A stretch of 55,844 nucleotides of DNA from Octopus sinensis (lineage: Eukaryota). Both the position numbers and the translations under genes were made by a program. The notes under the pieces are model-generated. The model was not told the origin of the DNA. It ran no database searches and saw only the letters and a list, made by a program, of their open reading frames with translations. This document shows, in pieces, positions 51,998 to 55,844 of the stretch. Position 1 is the stretch's first letter. The number at the start of each line of letters is the position of its first letter. The DNA is taken from the NCBI RefSeq assembly GCF_006345805.1, contig NW_021833874.1:1-55844 (forward strand), in the 5' to 3' direction.

Positions 51998-52200
51998 CTT
52001 ATTTAAAGCAGCAGAAAATTCCACAAAACCTGTTACTCTCAGTTTCGCGTTTCAAAAACTGTCCGACGAACGGCAACGCGAAACTCAGAGTAACAGGTTT
52101 TGTGGAATTTTCTCCTGCTTTAAATAAAGCATATTACTCTACCACTGGTATTTGAGCACTCTTTTTTCCACCTTGTTTCACATTTATGTGTTTACTCCGG
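51998..52200. mobile_element. Small foldback Penelope-type repeat
   Basis: Arms 51998-52051 and 52075-52125. Confidence 0.75.
52059..52096 (+). ncRNA. Minimal hammerhead motif, C4 variant
   Basis: ctgt CCGACGA acg gcaa cgc GAAA ctcagag TA acag; GCAA tetraloop in stem II, A-C mismatch at its base. Confidence 0.65.
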
Positions 52201-52405
52201 TATATATATATATATATATTATATAAAAGGGCTTAGTAAAATAAATTACTTTGCCGCATACTGAACTCATTAGAAATAGCAGCTAAAGAAACTTTTTTAA
52301 AACTATTTCTAATACTTAAAGAAAACCTCTCTCATATAGTGTTTGCTCAATTCAACTCACGAATATGGGGGTAGAGACATTAAAAAATCAAATGCAAAGG
52401 TTATT

Positions 52406-52458
52406 TGAGAACGTACGTTTCAAGATTAGTCAAACTCGACATTTCTATCATCAGCTCA
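52406..52458 (-). ncRNA. Hammerhead motif of the tandem unit (copy 1)
   Basis: tgag CTGATGA taga..gtc gagttt gac..tctt GAAA cgtacg TT ctca. Confidence 0.7.
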
Positions 52459-53214
52459 GACTCCCTGGTTGGATTTGAAAACACTGAAAGTGGAGCATAC
52501 CCTTTTGGCTTCTTATCGCTTCTGAGATCTGCTCGTAACTAACAGTGCCAACAAACTCAAAAATGCAAGCGAAAATTTCTGCTCTCCCCTTTCCACCAGC
52601 GTGGGTTAAAAGCAGTAAACACTATGCTTTTTTCGGTAAAATCCGAGGCATTTATTAGAGAGAGATGAATTATAATTTCAACAATTGAGGGTAAAATTAA
52701 TTAATTAATCAATTTCACAAGTATTCAGTATGCAAAGGGACCATTGAAGGCGAATTCAAATTATTACATTATATAAAAGGGCTTAGTAAAATAAATTACT
52801 TTGCCGCATACTGAACTCATTAGAATAGCAGCTAAAAAAACTTTTTTAAAACTATTTCTAATACTTAAAGAAAACCTCTCTCATATAGTGTTTGCTCAAT
52901 TCAACTCACGAAAATATGGGGGTAGAGACATTAAAAAATCAAATGCTTAATCAAATTGATTAATTAATTAATTTTACCCTCAATTGTTGAAATTATAATT
53001 CATCTCTCTCTATATAATGCCTTGGATTTTACCGAAAAAAGCATAGTGTTTACTGATTTTAACCCACGCTGGTGGAAAGGGGAGAGCAGAAATTCTTCGC
53101 TTGCATTTTTGAGTTTGTTGGCACTGTTAGTTACGAGCAGATCTTCAGAAGCGATAAAGAAGCCGAAAGGGTATGCTCCCACTTTCAGTGTTTTCAATCC
53201 AAACCAGGGAGTTC

Positions 53215-53266
53215 TGAGCTGATGATAGAAATGTCGAGTTTGACTAATCTTGAACGTACGTTCTCA
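53215..53266 (+). ncRNA. Hammerhead motif of the tandem unit (copy 2, one A missing from GAAA)
   Basis: As copy 1 but tcttGAAcgtacg. Confidence 0.5.
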
Positions 53267-53782
53267 AATAACCTTTGCATTTGATTTTTTTAATGTCTCT
53301 ACCCCCATACTTCGTGAGTTGAATTGAGCAAACACTATATGAGAGAGGTTTTCTTTAAGTATTAAGAAATAGTTTTAAAAAAGTTTTTTAAAGAGCTGCT
53401 ATTTCTAATGAGTTCAGTATGCGGCAAAGTAATTTATTTTTACTAAGCCCTTTTATATAATGTAATAATTTGAATTCGCCTAAATAAATGGTCCCTTTGC
53501 ATCATACTAATACTTGGGTGAAATTGATTAATTATTAATTTTACCCTCAATTGTTGAAATTATAATTCATCTCTCTCTATTAATGCCTCGGATTTTACCG
53601 AAAAAAGCATAGTGTTTACTGATTTTAACCCACGCTGGTGGAAAGGGAGAGCAGAATTCTTCGCTTGCATTTTTGAGTTTGTTTGGCACTGTTAGTTACG
53701 AGCATGATCTTCAGAAGCGATAAGAAGCCGAAAGGGTATGCTCCCCACTTTCAGGTTGTTTTCCAATCCAACCAGGGAGTTC

Positions 53783-53836
53783 TGAGCTGATGATAGAAAA
53801 TGTCGAGTTTGACTAATCTTGAAACGTACGTTCTCA
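53783..53836 (+). ncRNA. Hammerhead motif of the tandem unit (copy 3)
   Basis: Complete CTGATGA/GAAA core, palindromic stem III acgtacgt. Confidence 0.7.
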
Positions 53837-54179
53837 AATAACCTTTTGCCATTTGATTTTTTAATGTCTCTACCCCCACCCATACTTTCGTGAGTTGAAT
53901 TGAGCAAACACTATATGAGAGAGGTTTTCTTTAAGTATTAGAAAAGTTTTAAAAAGTTTTTTTAGCTGCTATTTCTAATGAGTTCAGTAGCGGCAAAGTA
54001 TTTATTTTACTAAGCCCTTTTATATAATGTAATAATTTGAATTCGCCTTAAATGGTCCCTTTGCATACTGAATACTTGGTGAAATTGATTAATTAATTAT
54101 TTTAAACCCTCAATTGTTGAAATTATATATATATATATATATGCATATGTGTGCGTGTGTGTGTGGGTACACATATAAC

Positions 54180-54220
<41 letters not shown>

Positions 54221-54229
54221 ATATATATA

Positions 54230-54624
54230 CTAGCAGTATCACCCGGCGTTGCTCGGGTTTGTAAGGTAAATAACTATATAAGCATTTTTAGAGATGTAAA
54301 GTATAATAGCCATCTCAATATGGCTTACCACAAAGCGGTGGTGTTACTGTAGCTTTTTACGTTCTGAGATTTAATAATAAATTTTTAGAGAGTTACATCC
54401 CTTATATATGCCAAAAATGCATTAAAGATGGGAAAAATTGATGGTAAATTATTTTTAAAATCGTAGACTCATCGTAGACGTGTGCTAATACCGAGAAGGG
54501 CACGATATGAATCACGACTATAAGATACCCGGTTTTAATTAAACTGCACCGCAAAATGTGTGAGTATCAGGAATCTAAATCGTAGGAGATAGACAGCACA
54601 CAACCTCACTTTTATATATAAAGA
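54230..54624 (-). mobile_element. Non-autonomous Helitron, same family as 11994
   Basis: TC start, cccgagcaacgccggg hairpin, CTAG end; about 100 bp longer internally. Confidence 0.85.
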
Positions 54625-54637
54625 TATTATATATATA

Positions 54638-54692
<55 letters not shown>

Positions 54693-54705
54693 ATATATAT
54701 ATTAT

Positions 54706-55270
54706 ATCTTATTATAAAAGGCAGATTTTATCTGCCTCCCCTTTGTCACTTATAGAAATCTACAATATAGGAGTTTCTTCAATTACAATTTACCTAGCAT
54801 TTTTAAGAGTAAGAATGCATCGGGTCATGCCAGGTCCAGTTTTTTATAAAATTTCAACCCCAATTAGCAAAATTTAGAAAAACTCACATTGTGGTGTATG
54901 AGTCAAATGCTTCTCTTAATGTGGGCTACAGCACTCGCACACACCACACACACAAAAAGGGAGCGATCTCATTCACTCACGCTATCACTCATTTCTCTAC
55001 GAACTTTTCTTTTGCAAGTTTGCAGCGATTAAAGTGAAACTATTCGATAAAACGAGAGAAGTGTACCTTAAACCACTACTATAAAAAAACAGCAAACAGA
55101 AACAAATAAATACATAACGATTTACTCCTCACTACATTTCTTCAATTAGAGTGTACCCATGATTTTTCAGAGTACTTCCAGTGGGTGATGCATAAAAAAT
55201 TTCTTTCAATTTTACCACCAATTAAGACAAAATTCGAGAAAACTCAATATTTTAACATTTCACTCCGAAA
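54706..55270 (+). mobile_element. Possible second Helitron, 5' part only
   Basis: a|tcttattataaaag resembles the 5' end of the family above; no hairpin-CTAG end found. Confidence 0.3.
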
Positions 55271-55633
55271 GCATTGATGTACATGTGTGCGTGCGTGAGT
55301 GTGTTGTGTCATCCTCACGCACACGCATACACATACATATATGAGAGTGGCAACACAACGTTTCAACAACTACATACAAACACGTGTGTTTTGTTATTAG
55401 TAAAAAAGGTGCCAAAACACAACTCACTTAATCATTCCAACACATTGCAAAGACACACGGACGGTCGAATTGCTATAACATACAGAAAGGTAAATTGGTT
55501 TTTATTTTACTCTGTATATATTTTATTATATAATATTATATATAGATATATGTATATATATTGCAGTATGAAACAGTTTTTTATGTATAACGACGACACT
55601 TATATATAGTTATTAATAAATGTATGCTTCCAT

Positions 55634-55844
55634 TTAACCCTTTCGTTACCAAACCGCCCGAATTTACCTATTCATATTTAAATGAGAATATCAGAGTAAA
55701 TCTCTTAGTACATTCGTGAAAACACGTATTATACTTCGTAAACACTTCAAATACAGTTTTTGTACAAAAATCGAAGTGTAATTTTAATTCCGTGAATTAT
55801 GGGAGATTTTTTTTCCGAAATTTGTTCCTATTATTGTGTTTTCA
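55634..55844. mobile_element. Possible piggyBac-type MITE end
   Basis: TTAA followed by CCCTTT, the piggyBac terminal pattern; runs off the window. Confidence 0.4.

Larger units (their letters stand above)
52218..54125. repeat. ~550-570-bp tandem repeat with an internal inversion, one hammerhead motif per unit
   Basis: 1.3 units forward (period 550), junction at 52946, then about 2.1 units reversed. Confidence 0.9.

Overview
AT-rich, microsatellite-dense animal DNA, most likely Octopus (inferred from the SINE families and the very high TA/GATA/TAA microsatellite load; no database was used). One host gene can be assembled on the + strand: a secreted von Willebrand A (VWA) protein with signal-peptide exons (10855, 12598), one MIDAS-intact VWA exon (19457, with a 1-nt frameshift in an A6 run) and a two-exon degenerate VWA module present twice (23247/24396 and 32076/34757). 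The duplicate is bounded by (ATT)n at both ends and stops in a 5'-truncated R4/Dong LINE. This fits an antisense 3' transduction by a TAA-targeting retroelement, though unequal crossover plus deletion also fits. The window also holds about 17 type I hammerhead-ribozyme motifs from about 14 dissimilar loci, read by eye. They sit in hairpins, in 437-570 bp tandem units and after a Penelope-like ORF remnant. Several have complete cores, and four loci share a C at core position 4. The rest is R4/Dong, Tx1, CR1-like and RTE LINE fragments, a 554-bp TAA-inserting non-autonomous element, SINEs, Helitrons, MITEs and microsatellites. Most ORFs in the supplied track are microsatellite artefacts.
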